DNA of 64,000 nt from contig CT868667.1 in the NCBI GenBank assembly GCA_000165425.1, positions 62,001-126,000 on the forward strand, read 5' to 3'. This DNA is from Paramecium tetraurelia. Taxonomy: Eukaryota. The notes beneath the pieces are model-generated. The model saw nothing but the letters and a program-made list of their open reading frames with translations. It had not been told where the DNA came from and searched no databases. Every line of letters begins with the position of its first letter. The stretch's first letter is position 1. The translations under genes and the position numbers were made by a program. This document shows, in pieces, positions 14,828 through 27,840 of this stretch.

Positions 14828-15403
14828 TATTATAGAAGTTTGAAATTGAATATAGTTATTATAATTATTATTCCTTTCTATTGTTCTTAGCTCTTAGACT
14901 ATATTCGATTTCATAAATGTATTCTATCATTATTATTATTTAAGTTAAAAGTAATTAACATTTCATTAAATTATTATTATTTAAAAATATTAATTAAAAT
15001 ATATTCATTAGCATTCTAATGAAAAATATATGATATCAAAACTATTGAATCTCAATAATACTGGCGATTAGTAAACAAATATTTATTAATAATATCAGAT
15101 GGCATGGAATTTAAAGGCTCTAAATATTTGATGAATTAATTTTAGTTATATTTTGGTTTACATTTAATTTTGATAATTTCATAATTTGATAAATCTTTAT
15201 CATAATAAGCAAGTTATTATTATATCTAATTTATATCAATTAATACTAAAATAAAATGATATGATATGAATAACAACATCTTATCAGAAGTAATAATGTG
15301 AAAATCATAGATTAAAATACGCATTGTTATAAATATAATTAATAAATATAAAATAAATTTATTATAATTAACATAATATTAAAGATTATATTATTAATAT
15401 AAA

Positions 15404-16354
15404 ATGGGGGATTCCATAGAGTCTCCATCTTAAAGGCACATAAAGTAAGGGAAAGGACCTAAGAATTCAGTTCACTTTCAAGATATCAGTTAAATACACA
15501 AGAAGGACAGAAGCAAAATATTATAAAATGACACAGACAAATTTAAGTACTTATTCCAAATCCCAAACATCATTTCTGATCCTAAGTTAGTATAGCGAAG
15601 GAAGACTTTTGAGACGTTCACGAAGAATGCCAACTTAGATTTATATTATATGCACTTGAAGAAGGCATCAGGCATAGCAAGGAGCATATCTTAAAAGGCA
15701 GATTATAAGGAGGTGATAGCGAAAATACACAACAATAAGATGTAAGACTAATTCGTACATAAATTGCACAAGAACAAAGGATTCATATTGACAAATGAGT
15801 TGTGGTCAAATAAATTAGTAAGTTAAGTGTCTGATCAATCGAGACTCAAAGAGTTGTCATAAATGTTGCAATTGCAGAAGATTAAGTTGAATTCTGAAGA
15901 ACAATTGTAGAACTATGAGCAATACTTTAAGCAGTTTGTGAAATCAAAATGTCAGAATGAAATGGAAGTAAGAAGAGGAGAGGTGTCGAAAGCATTCAAT
16001 GACCTAGACGATTAAGCGACTCTGGATTAGACATATAAGGATAGCCGTGTCCTTTCGAGAAATCAAAGTGTTCCGATGAAGTAGACAGATCAAAGCTTTT
16101 TCTCTAGGGAGATAATGACAGCATAGGTGAGTAAGAAGAGAGGGGTTAATTCTTAGCATAGTTCAATTAAATTGGCTGAGTTGCTTAAGCAATCAAATGA
16201 TGAAATACATTCGACTTAGGAGGTGGTAATAAAATTGAGGAGATTCACAAGGGAGGAAGCAGATTTGTAAGACAAACCCAAGAAGATTAGAATACGGAGA
16301 TTGTTTGCTGAGCAACTCAATAATGTAATTAAGAATTCAAAGAAAATAAATTGA
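15404..16354 (+). CDS. Hypothetical protein, apparently intronless
   Basis: MGDSIESPSQRHIKQ... continuous frame to TGA in the ciliate code; purine-rich coding strand. Confidence 0.75.
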
Positions 16355-16440
16355 TTTTATAGTTCATGTTATGATAATAATTTGGTGAATACTATTCAGA
16401 GATTGAGTGAATAGAATTGATAAATGATCAAATATATGCA

Positions 16441-16838
16441 TCATGAATAGAAGTCTATGATAATTCCTAAGAACCAGACAAATTGTAACCCATAGTATGC
16501 CAGCCAGAGAGTGTCTTTGTGATTGTTCAAATTTTGAAATTTTTCATAAATGCTCAAATGCAATACAGCCAGAGGGACAAAGGTTAGCCAAGCCAGTATA
16601 GCTGAAAACACACTGCTTTGAATGGTGGACATGCTTAACAAACCTATAGGATTGATAATATGATTAACAGACCTGCAATTCCGAATAGGAACACTCTTCT
16701 GTTGATGTATTCCTTTTGATCTGGACCTTTTAAGAATGCATTAATAAGGAGAGTGACGTAGTGGAGTACGAATAAGATCAGGATGGCCACAGCAACAGCC
16801 AATCTTTTGGGAATAAATTCAGTCGTCTCTGTACTCAT
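16441..16838 (-). CDS. Small multi-pass membrane protein (about 122 aa)
   Basis: Two track ORFs are joined by a 29-nt intron (gtctgttaat...cctatag); about four hydrophobic segments. Confidence 0.75.
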
Positions 16839-17747
16839 TAATAATAATAATCATTCAAGTTTTTGAAGAGGTCTTAAATTATTCCAGGGAGATGATTGTT
16901 CCAGATCTTACAAAACTGATTTTTATCAATGAGTTTCAATCTGTTAATGGGATGGATAACATTTTGATCTACTTCTTCTTCCTCGATTTGGGAGATCATT
17001 ATCCGTTTGCCCTTGGAAGCTCTTTTGTGATTAATTACAATGGTTCTAAGTTTGGGTAGTCTGGATTACTCATTCTTATCCAATTACGACTTAAGTAGAC
17101 TCGATCGAAGTTTAATCATGGTCAAAATGTCATTTTCTATAATTGAAGTATTTTTTTCTACTGAAAGAAGAGACAACAGGTTTGTACTAGTAATTACACC
17201 TTATCCTGATAAATCATATATCTAAAAACATAAGTTCAAGTATTGTTATCTGTCTAATTGTTACAAAGCAGTTATAAGCTATTCGTACATCTACAGTGTC
17301 AATGTATCTGGCACCTTAAGAACTTTATTTATTTGTTCCACCATGATCTGACTGTAGAATTCTCTCAAATATCTCAAAAGCTATCCTCGCTGCATTCGGT
17401 GTCCAACTCGATCGACATTAAGAATTCGATTGAAAGTGTTAACAGCAACGACTCTCTAATTTATGATTTTCTATCTTTGAGAATGGACTTCCTCTAATAC
17501 AGGATCTGTGGGTCTCATCACCACATCAATCGTTTCCGATCTAATTTATTGTTTCTCCACTCTTGGCTTCGTTTTTTCAAATGACTTGGATATTCTATCA
17601 GAACTTGTAGGAGACTTCTTTTTGGTGTTTTAAGGATGGATTCTAGAGTATTGCTGAATGAGAGTGGCTTGAAACGCATAAATTTATATCAATACCATAG
17701 AGATTATGGCGATATGCATTACTTGTTATATACTCAATTTAATTCAT
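16835..17747 (-). CDS. Hypothetical protein with one EF-hand-like motif
   Basis: FQIYDLSGQGVITSTNL motif; one 28-nt intron near the 5' end; stop overlaps the next gene's ATG. Confidence 0.7.
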
Positions 17748-17795
17748 TAATCCTATCAAGTTTGTTCAGTTTCTAATTTAAACATAATAATTATA

Positions 17796-18419
17796 TCATT
17801 TATGCATGATGCCAAACTCAAAATCCCTCTCTAAACCACACTAATTCATCTCCATTGTTATCCTATATTGGAACAGTTTAACTACTTGATTTCATCTCTT
17901 ATGCTTCTTACTTTAATGCCTATCCAAACTCAATTTAATTTAAATTTATAATGTCAAAAATCTTTAGAATCGTATTCCTATCATTTTATTGTTCTACCCA
18001 TCTACTAAATAGGATATCTAAACTATTTCTGTTATTTGGAATTATTCATTATTTTTTGATATTATTTGTAAACCTTCATGATTACTATCACGAGTACATT
18101 ATTCATATATATACAATATATTCATGATTATTGCCAACAATACTTTCTATAATTTTTATTCAAATATATTGGAGGGAACACAATTCTCTCTCTTTATCCA
18201 TATATGAAGTGGTTCACCATTATTCTAAACAAGACTGATAACAATATCTGCTCTAGTGATTATTCTCTCTCAAATACTTTAATTTAAGAAAATGAGAAAA
18301 AATTCGAAAAATTGTTCAACTTGATGATTCTGGAATTCACATTCTCTCATTCTATTTTAGACCTGAATCTTTAACATTAACTATAATTTAAATAGGAATG
18401 ATGGATGCGAAATATTCAT
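17796..18419 (-). CDS. Putative hypothetical protein (model uncertain)
   Basis: Purine-rich minus strand; one frame is open if two 27-nt GTA..AG introns, each holding an in-frame TGA, are removed. Confidence 0.35.
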
Positions 18420-18462
18420 CAAAGATTACCATTATGGCGATGTAGATATACATATAACTAAA

Positions 18463-18711
18463 TCAATTAAAAAAATCCTTTGGGATTCTTCCGATCCCTA
18501 CACTAATTTAACTAGATATTGGTGATGGCATTCGTGTTCCAGTATCCATAAGTAGTAATTCAAGCAGATTATTTTATTTGATCTTCTAAAATTACACACA
18601 CTTGTTTTTGACAAGCACTTGTGATTGTTAGGTGTATTGGGAAGTATTGCGTTTTCTTTGGGATGTAGCACGAGCAGAATTTGGTCGATTTTGAATTTAA
18701 ATTTAATTCAT
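18463..18711 (-). CDS. Small basic hypothetical protein (82 aa)
   Basis: MNQIQIQNRPNSARATSQRKR...GIGRIPKDFFN*. Confidence 0.55.
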
Positions 18712-18719
18712 AATAAATA

Positions 18720-19175
18720 TCAAAGTTGATCACGAACTTTTAGGTATGCTTGTAAATCAAAATCAGGATCATCAAATTATTCTTAAAATTACAATTCTAT
18801 TTCATTACCTTCCTCTTGTAGATCTTCCTATTGCTCATCACTACTCGTGGAATCTGATCCTTAATCCTCTTCTGGCTAGTAGTCTTGATCATGATCATCA
18901 TCATTTAATTCTTGTGATTATTGGAAAAATTATTAAGTTTGGATCTATAACGGTGGTTAATCGAACACTGTTTTCTACACAACCATTTATTGTTGATTTA
19001 TCAAATTAGTTCCCACGAACCAAAATTGGTTTTAGGGATTTTAATATTATTATGGGTGATTAATAGTATTTGGTGGCACTGTGTAGACCTATTGATTATG
19101 GGAAGGAGTATAGAACATTGGATTCTAAAAGTAACCTGTGGATTAAGCCTGAGAACTCTCGTTTTCAAATTCCAT
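18720..19175 (-). CDS. Q/P-rich hypothetical protein with acidic C-terminus
   Basis: MEFENESSQAQSTGYFQNP...FDDPDFDLQAYLKVRDQL*; one 27-nt intron. Confidence 0.7.
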
Positions 19176-19309
19176 AAGCGCGAAATTTTATAAATATTTT
19201 AATGATTATTTTAAATACTGCCTGAATAAATTTAGACACCAAATATTTAAAATTAAATACAAATAGAATAATACTCTTATCATTAACAATTAAGATATCT
19301 ATATAAAAA

Positions 19310-20568
19310 TCAATATTGTTTATCCGCATACAACCTTGGATCATAAAAGGCAATGTCTATCTCTCTCCCATCATACTTTTTATTTTACAACAGAATAATA
19401 GCAATCTTAGCAAATTGCTCATTCTCAAACTCAACAAAAACCTTTCCTATGCCTTCCGAATACCCATCCTTCTTCCTTGGCACCACCATACTAATCAATC
19501 TGCCAATTTTTTCAATCTCTTTTTTTAAATCCTTAACGATAAAATTATATTCATAATCATCCTCAATATTTTTGATTCTGACTGCATTGTTAATCACCAC
19601 TACACTACTCACTTTCATTTAATTGATCTATTATAATTTGGCTTCGAAAGCTGATTGCTCACCCAAAGTAATAGTGTCGATAATATAATCCTGAGTTGGA
19701 GTTGGCAATTGAGCATTCTTCTTAACCTGCAACAACCTGCCACCAATGACTTTGTTATTCAACCCATTTACACAATTCTGCGTTTCTAAATCAGTTTCAA
19801 ATTCGCAGAATGCAAAACCCTTACAAACATTTTTTATGTCTCTAACAACATTTAATGATTTCAAATTGCCATATTCACTCAGAATGTTAGCCAAAGCATC
19901 ATTGTCAGTGTCAGGTGCTAATCCACAAACAAAGAGTTTCTATGCAGGTTCTTTGGGTTGAATCTTGGGTACTTCCCTTTCCCCCTCAATACGTGGACTG
20001 ATTTCATAATCTTTGACTCTCTTGAATTTGAGTGGCTTGCCTTGATAATTGATGGTGTCTATTTGTAATGCTGCTTCCGTTTCTTCGATGCTTCTGAATT
20101 ACACGAAACAATATTTCTGACCTGGCTGTAATTGCACTTGTATCACTGGATCTCCGGGATCAAGCACTGCTCCGTGAGATTCCATCTATTGTCTTATGTA
20201 ATTGTGGAGATGATCCTTATCGACATTATCTGGCAGATTCCCCAAATAGAGTCGACTATTTTAATCCAATTATATACACTGCATGAGGATAGTTTTTATG
20301 CAGATGTTGAGGTACTTTATAAGCTCCACTCTCACTCTTCTTAAAGGATGACAATTGCGGCAGAGTCGTAGGCTGAGGTGGTTGAGGTGGAGGCTCAGGA
20401 GGCTTCACTTTCTTTAATATTGGGATTTCCTATTTTTCTGGTCTTGGTCGATTTCTTTAAGAATATCATAATCCACTCTTACTTGTATTTCTTGGATATC
20501 TCTAACAGCTGTTCTAAATCACTGCTGTCAGATTCGTCCACCTTCTTTTTTAATTTCTTTTTATCCAT
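19310..20568 (-). CDS. U2AF2: Splicing factor U2AF large subunit (RRM1-RRM2-UHM)
   Basis: RLYLGNLP, FVQFRSIEETEAALQIDTINYQGKPLKFKRVKDY, KGFAFCEF, GIGKVFVEF; two tiny introns. Confidence 0.88.
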
Positions 20569-20732
20569 TATTAATATTAATGCTTTTTCATGAATTATGA
20601 AAATATTGGCATCAGCTTCCAAATTGTATTATTATAAACTGCCATATTACTTCTTTTCAAAAGATTATCATTTATATTTATATTATTTTATGTATGTCTC
20701 TAATAAGGGAGAACTAAATCGATTCACCTTGG

Positions 20733-21245
20733 ATGTCAACCTCCATGAAGCAGACGTACTCTCCAGAGTCAATTACATCAACACCACCATTCTGGCTAGA
20801 AATCCAATTGAAAAGTAAAATCTCTCAATCTATTCAACCAAGACTGGAAGAGCAAAAACTCTTTTTCGACCCAACCAGTCTTGGCAGGTATAAGAATTAT
20901 CGAGGAGCATCGTCCAAGATAGCCAATTACATCAAGAATCTTGATCCCATAGTGAGAGCAGCCTTTGTCGTAGAGAGGTCTCCGCCTTCTATCAGATATA
21001 ACTCCTCTCGCAACCCTAAAGCACAAGAGAAACTTAAACAGAAGATTGATAAATTGAACAATTTCCAAAATGATGATTCCGGCATTAAATACTTTAATCA
21101 ACATCGTCGCAGTTGCAGTCCAAGATTAAAGTTACCTGCTGTCTCTAAATACCACAAAAACCCTCCCAAAATGCTAGTAAATTCATACGAATCCAGAACT
21201 ATCGATGCAGATAGCACATTGTCTCATTCTGTACATAACCATTGA
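20733..21245 (+). CDS. Hypothetical basic Ser/Pro-rich protein
   Basis: 170-aa ORF ending in TGA with elevated GC. Confidence 0.75.
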   Translation: MSTSMKQTYSPESITSTPPFWLEIQLKSKISQSIQPRLEEQKLFFDPTSLGRYKNYRGASSKIANYIKNLDPIVRAAFVVERSPPSIRYNSSRNPKAQEKLKQKIDKLNNFQNDDSGIKYFNQHRRSCSPRLKLPAVSKYHKNPPKMLVNSYESRTIDADSTLSHSVHNH

Positions 21246-22099
21246 ATTCATCATTTTTATGAACAAACTCAACACCCTATCACTATTAATTTCATGTTTT
21301 AATTTTACATCAAATGACAAAATGTTCTCGCATTCAAGAGAAATTGTCTTAAGAGTTCTAAATTCTATTTTTAAATTTATAATAAATTTATATCTTAAGC
21401 TACATAAATCATAATAATATTTTCATACTCGAAATTAATGTTTATCAAATAGAATGTCATTTCATACTTATAGAGAACTAATTCATTAACTTTCTGACTC
21501 AAACATTTATTTGAAACGAGTAGATATGTTCTGAGAAAATGCTATGTTAATCGAGATCCCAATAATATTCTATTCTTCAGACTTGAACCTTTAAATAAAA
21601 CAAAATAATCTCTTGATAACAAGTAGAAAATTATGAAAATTAATATTACTCACAACTTAATTCCATTTAAAAGATTAACATCATACTATTTACTATAACA
21701 GCCATACATTTGTTATGTAATATTTTTAATATTTTTGTATATTTAATACTCTTTAGAAAACTTCACGTCTTTTTTTATAATATTTTGAATTGTTCCAAGA
21801 GTTTGATGACATACATACATACATACATAAAAATTGCATATATTAAATAAAAAATGAATTATATTATTTTATTTATATAAATGTTAGAATATTTTAAAAT
21901 TATAATTTTTCTCTTTATTTTTTTTAGATCCTCTATTCCCCCAAGATTTAATAGATTTGTATTAATTATAATGCATAAAAATATATTTAAATTTTCTAAT
22001 GAGGAATGGTTTTGTGAGTGCTTAGTCGAATAGTATATAAAGAGGTGAAATTAATAATATTTGTATAGAAGATATAAATAATTATTTGTAAAATATCAT

Positions 22100-24138
22100 A
22101 TGGGTTCTTAAGAGAGTAAACAGGAAGGATTAATATAGGACTCGCGATATGGGAAGGCTACATTGATTAGGAAATATAATTAGATTTGTGCAACGAGGAA
22201 AGTATTCATTTAGGATGGAAGTCAACATGATGAATTTGTGAAGAGAGTAAAGATTGAGCATCCAAATTTAGTGAAAATATTGGAGAGCGGAATACAGAAG
22301 GAACAGGAATTGTGTACTACTTATCACACGATGTATATAATAAGTGAATATTATTCTACTTCATTTCATAAGGAGATTGCAAACAGAAGAGGTAGAGGAG
22401 CATTTTGGACAGAATAGGAACTATGGAACTAATTGCTAGGACTAGTGGATGTACTATTATATTTAATAATGAAGTTGTTGATGAAAATGCAAGAAGCTCA
22501 TTTGGTTCATTAGAATATAAGGCCATTGACTATTAGTTACATTAATGAAAACACTTTAAAACTGTGTGATAATTTATTTCAATCTACTGCATTTCAAATG
22601 GCTTAATAGAATCCAGAGAATTAGAAAATTTTTGAATTGTCACCAAAGTTATTGGAAGCAATCAATTAGAACAATCAATTCCCTAGGCATAATCTATTTA
22701 AGAGTGATGTGTGGAGTCTGGGAATGTGCATATTATAGGCCAGTCTGTTGGATCATTGTCGAGATTGTTTTGAGTAAGATAAATATCAATGTTATTAGCT
22801 TTGAAAGAGGACATGTTGATGTGTCTCGGAAACTGGCTCTATTGAACAAGAATTATTCAATTAAGTATGAGTAAGTAATTGTGGCCATGCTATCAGTGGA
22901 TGAAGAATCCAGACCTGATTTTAAATAATTAATGAACTTCATGAAAGGTAATCCAGATGCAGGAATCTCCAAATTCCTGGAGGACTCGGTGATTCATAGT
23001 TCGCGTATATGTTTAGATACCAAATCTCCTATGAGTTTAAAGGAAGACAGTTTACCAGAGCCATTGAATCAATTGAGAGAACAAATTGAAAGCAAACCCA
23101 CCAAAAATATGGTTGAATTAGAGGAATTAAGGATCAAACCAAAGATTGTGATTAAGAAGACTAAAAAGAAGGATTTGGGATTTTATAATTATTAGGAACA
23201 AATGGTCATAAGAGATCCCAGCAAATCAGCTATATAATAATAGAACTTATATAGTTACACTTCAGTTGATTATTCATCCAATAAAAAGTTAGTGAATTCC
23301 TCACATTAATTTACTAATCCTTCCCCATAAACCTAATAATTTAATGATAAGGAGAAGATAGAATAGTTACTTGGATATGGGATGTAATCATATTCCATAG
23401 ATTCTCTTATTATGCCATCTATATCTATAAAACCCTAGATATCCTTAGTGGAATCTTCCAAGCCTTTTTCCTCTGAAACTAGTAAAACTACATAACAATC
23501 AAATCCTCAAGTAATCACCATAGATACTCACCCATCTTGTAATAGTACTCCTGTGAGTTATACTGAAATACCAATTAGTTATGTAGCGAAGAAGGACATA
23601 AATTATAGATAAGAAATGGAGTAGATGATTGAGTTGAATAGATCGAGATGTTTCAAAACTGAACAATATTAAGATGGATCATCGTATGTAGGAGAAATGT
23701 ATAATTAATTAAGAGATGGATTTGGAAAATATCAATTCGTAGAAGGTGGTTATTATGAAGGATAGTGGAAATAGAATAAAATGCATGGTTATGGAACTCT
23801 ATTCTATGGAGTTGGATAAAAAGCATATGAAGGACAATTTGAAAATGATTAATTCTCCGGGTTTGGCACGTTGTACAATAAGGAACCAACCAAACTGGAT
23901 ACTCCATTTGATTGCTCTAATTTTGATCTTATTGGGAAGTAAGACTGAATGATAACTAATTAGTTATTGGGTCAAGTATGTTGGCAATTTTTAGAATGAG
24001 TTGAAGGATGGTTAAGGAGCATTATACTTATCAAATGATGAATGTTACAAGGGAGAATTCTATCAAGATTATGTTGATGGTCATGGCACTTTTGGTTCAA
24101 TTATTGGAGTTTGGCGTAAAAATTAATTGATTAAATGA
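22100..24138 (+). CDS. Pseudokinase domain plus C-terminal MORN repeats
   Basis: EHPNLVKI, HQNIRP, KSDVWSLGM and RPDF kinase-fold motifs; MORN repeats YVGEMYNQLRDGFG and YEGQWKQNKMHGYG; N-terminal MGSQES. Confidence 0.85.
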
Positions 24139-24156
24139 TATAACATAGTTTTGTTT

Positions 24157-25259
24157 TCAAATTTGTTCTTCCTCTTCTTTCAATTTCACCAACTCTTATT
24201 ATTCTAATTACCTTCTCTTCACGCCGTTCTTTGCCCTTTAACTCAAGAGACAGTAGAATGTTAAGCACATCAAAACAAATGGGATTACTATATGTTTCAA
24301 GTAAGGAGTATTCTATTGTGACTACTTAAATTGATCTTAGCAATTGTATTTGGAGATGAATAATTTCTAATTGTTTTAATCAATAGTAATCAATTATTAA
24401 GTTAAAAATGGCAATCCCAACTTTATACGATTGATCTTTGATCTGTAAAATGTAACAATCTCTCTTCCATCTATTAGTCTATAAGAGTAAGCATCCTTTT
24501 CCAATCTAATCTTCTCATCCTTTTCAAAAATCAACTCAATCGTCGGCAATCCTCTTGATTTATCCTTCACGATCAAATACTTTCCTTCCTCCTCTACGCC
24601 ATACTCTTACAGATAATCTCTCATCATTATATATTCCTCTTCTGGCAATAAGATAAAAGGTTCCTTACTATCAACATAAGTGATATTGCCATATGTATCC
24701 ACAACCATCTCATCATTTACTTTGATCATTCTCAAATCTACTTGGTAATTGGATTCGTTTGCCTTATACTGCAATTCGCTCAAATTGGGGTTCTTAAATT
24801 CTCTTGAAACGAACCCTCTTGTATAACCAAAACAAATGTGAAACACCTTTGACACAAATGGATTCTGTGGGTACCTAGCTTTCATTATTTATATATACAC
24901 ATACCTCCCCTTTGTAATCCCAATCCCAAAATTTCAGATTCATTGGTGCTAGTGTATATGATTGGTTCTGTTTCCTCTTCATTAAAAATGTCCACCAAGG
25001 TGATTTCCGATGATATCAATTAAGAATCTTGAACAATACAATCAGGAGAGCAATGTTGGCATTATATTTGTTCTCCAAATGGAGCTGAATTGCATCTGAT
25101 TTTATCTCCAGCCTTACTTAAATAGCTCATTTCAGAATTCAAATCAACTGTCAACGAACCTGATTCATATTCTAATTGAAAATTTTGAGTTGCCTGTATT
25201 TGAGATATGGGATAAACACGAGATGCTAAAGTACTTGTTATAAAAAACAAAATTATCAT
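24157..25259 (-). CDS. Secreted/membrane-anchored pepsin-like (A1) fold protein, degenerate
   Basis: Signal peptide; TVDLNS, ILGLG, FHICF, VVDTYG, LPTIELIF and IAIFNL spaced like an aspartic protease; C-terminal TM segment. Confidence 0.6.
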
Positions 25260-25363
25260 TTATTATTAATAAAAGTTGTCAAATTGTATTCAATAAATTA
25301 TGAACAAAATCAATCTCACATATGCATTTTAGAAAACCTATTATTAAATTAGTAAAATTTTTG

Positions 25364-26968
25364 ATGATCGAACATAAAAGTGAACTTCATTGCTCTGGAA
25401 ATCATTCAAACGCCGATATTATAATGGTCTCCTATGATCCATCTCTTAAAAGGAATTAGAGATTGCTTTGTCAAAAATGCCTTGATTCTCTTCAAGTATC
25501 AACTAAAGTAGAGGGATTCAATAAAACTCTGTCCACTATTCAAGAAAATCATTAAAACAGAGTCAATTCATAGTAATTCCTAATAGAGAAATCTATACAG
25601 TTTATTGAACCTCTATAATAAGAAATCTAATCTATTAGAGATAAGTTTGTGAATATTCTAGATACCATCATCAAATTCACTGCTGATTGGAAGATGGAGT
25701 TATAACAAATTTCCAAGAAACCAATGGTTCTTAGTTTCTTTGCTGAATTAGAATCATTAGTGTATAGATAATAGGATAATATGTAATAAGTGATATTTGA
25801 TCAAATAAACAAATTGAATCAAACATACTCAAAATCTATCATCAACTAATTGCCAATAATTAAGGAAGACCCATTCAAAGAAATAGAATTAAAATTGAAC
25901 AATTCTGAAAAAATGCTGAACAATGAATTTCTTCAATTTGATTTTAATGTCTAAATTAAAAATAATAAAAAAAGTCCAATTTCAATAAACTTGAAGGAGA
26001 TTAAAAGAGTCGAGTCAGAAAAAGGAATATCGCATATTATTTTTGATAAGACAGGATAGATGATGATTACAATCAATGAAGGTAAAATAGGAGTCTGGAA
26101 ATTTGCTAGTGGCAATTTGGAATAGTAAGCTTCTTGGGTTGCTCACTAATCAGATATTAAGTGTGCAATTCTATCATGCAATTAAAATCCTTACATTCTA
26201 ACAGCTGCAGACATGACAATTAAAATTTCCTTAAGAATTAATGAAATGTATTGGAAAAGTGATTTCGAATCTTAAAAACTTGACAATCACATAGGTTGCA
26301 TGATTATTTCCAGAAATGAGGATTACCTCTTTACTAGTTGTGAAAATGTTATAAGCATTTGGAGACTTAATTATACGCAAAAGAAATGGTTGACTTTTTA
26401 ATATTCTTTGAAATAACACAAATGGGCAATAAATGCTATGAGTATTAATAAATCTGAAAATAAATTGGTATCATGTAGTAAAAATAAATAACTCATCATT
26501 TGGGGTTTAAATAAAAATAATCAATGGGAATACAAATATGATGTTAAATAATCAATTTTAGATATTGGGAATGCTCTCTATTTTCTAAAAGATTCTTAGT
26601 TTATTTTACTTTCAGGAGAGTTGGATACTCAAGATAATGTTTATGTATATGAAGAATAGAATGAACAATTTTAAGAGGTGTTAAAAAAGACTCTTAAATT
26701 ACCAAAGATCAAAGGGGATTCCTCCATTTCACCAATAGTGTATATAGATTAATAGTAGAACATACTCTTAATTTCATAAAAAAACGATCTCTATTTAATA
26801 TTAGAAAAGAGTGACGGAAGCTTTTATATAATTAAACAAATTAACAGAATCATAGATATTCATTAGTAATCTCAAAGTTTAGCTTAGGATGGAAAATACT
26901 TAGTTTATAGTAAATATGATAATAGAGACAATCGAAACTATTTAGTAGTAAACGAGATATAATACTGA
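25364..26968 (+). CDS. WD40-repeat protein with N-terminal Cys/His module
   Basis: AHQSDIKC..TAADMTIKI, HTWAINAM..LVSCSKNKQLIIW repeats; N-terminal C..H..DPSLKRNQRLLCQKC. Confidence 0.8.
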
Positions 26969-27840
26969 TAACTGGTTTCATATTGAATTAATAAATTACC
27001 AAAGCATAATTCTAATATAATTACATGATTTTCTGTCTACATGTAAATCTCTTGATTCTACTTGGTTTGGAATTAAATTTAAATGTTCTTTAAACCCAAA
27101 CCTAATATATTATATATAATAAACTTGTATTCTAATAGATATAACTGTCTCTTCTAAAGCGCATTCTGATAGAGTATTTTGACATAATCTTGAATTAGGC
27201 ACATCAAATTCATATGTCAGAAGCATTCATATCAGATGATAAACATAATATAGTTAGGAATCCCTATAACAAGACCTAATTACAAAGTTTTAGGATTTGA
27301 TAAAAAAATATCAAATTAATTCTAATTAAGCAAACTTATTTTATTAATATGATTGCAAAGAAATTTTTAATTAATATATGTCAATGAAAAGTTGAAATAT
27401 ATACGTACAATAAAGGATGAAGAGAAAATAAGTAATGAAGTGACCTGCAAAAAAAGATAGATTTTCAATGAATACATTAAATTTTATTGAGCAAGCAAAT
27501 TTAAAAGAGAATCAAGGTATTATTCTTTTTTAAACGTATATGGAAATGCATAAAATATATTATAATTAATTAAACAATAATTATTAATCATAATTCTATT
27601 AAATAAAATCAATAATTAGATCTACTTATCAACCATTCGATTCAATGACTTCTAAAATAGTTTTAGTTTGAGTATAAGATGACACTAGTTGAATAAAGGT
27701 AAAAAGATTTTTTGCTCATTATTTATTCTGGTATAAATAAATGGAAAACTAGGCCAGAATTCATCAGAAAGTAATAAATCTTAGAATATTTAGTAAATAT
27801 CTACTTTGCCACAATCCAATATTATTATCATTCTAATTTA

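Noticed and set aside
21808..21828. (ACAT)n microsatellite
   Set aside because: About five units in an AT-rich spacer; unremarkable
24915..24932. Telomere-like CCCAAT/CCCAAA hexamers
   Set aside because: Only two imperfect units, and they encode ILGLG on the minus strand
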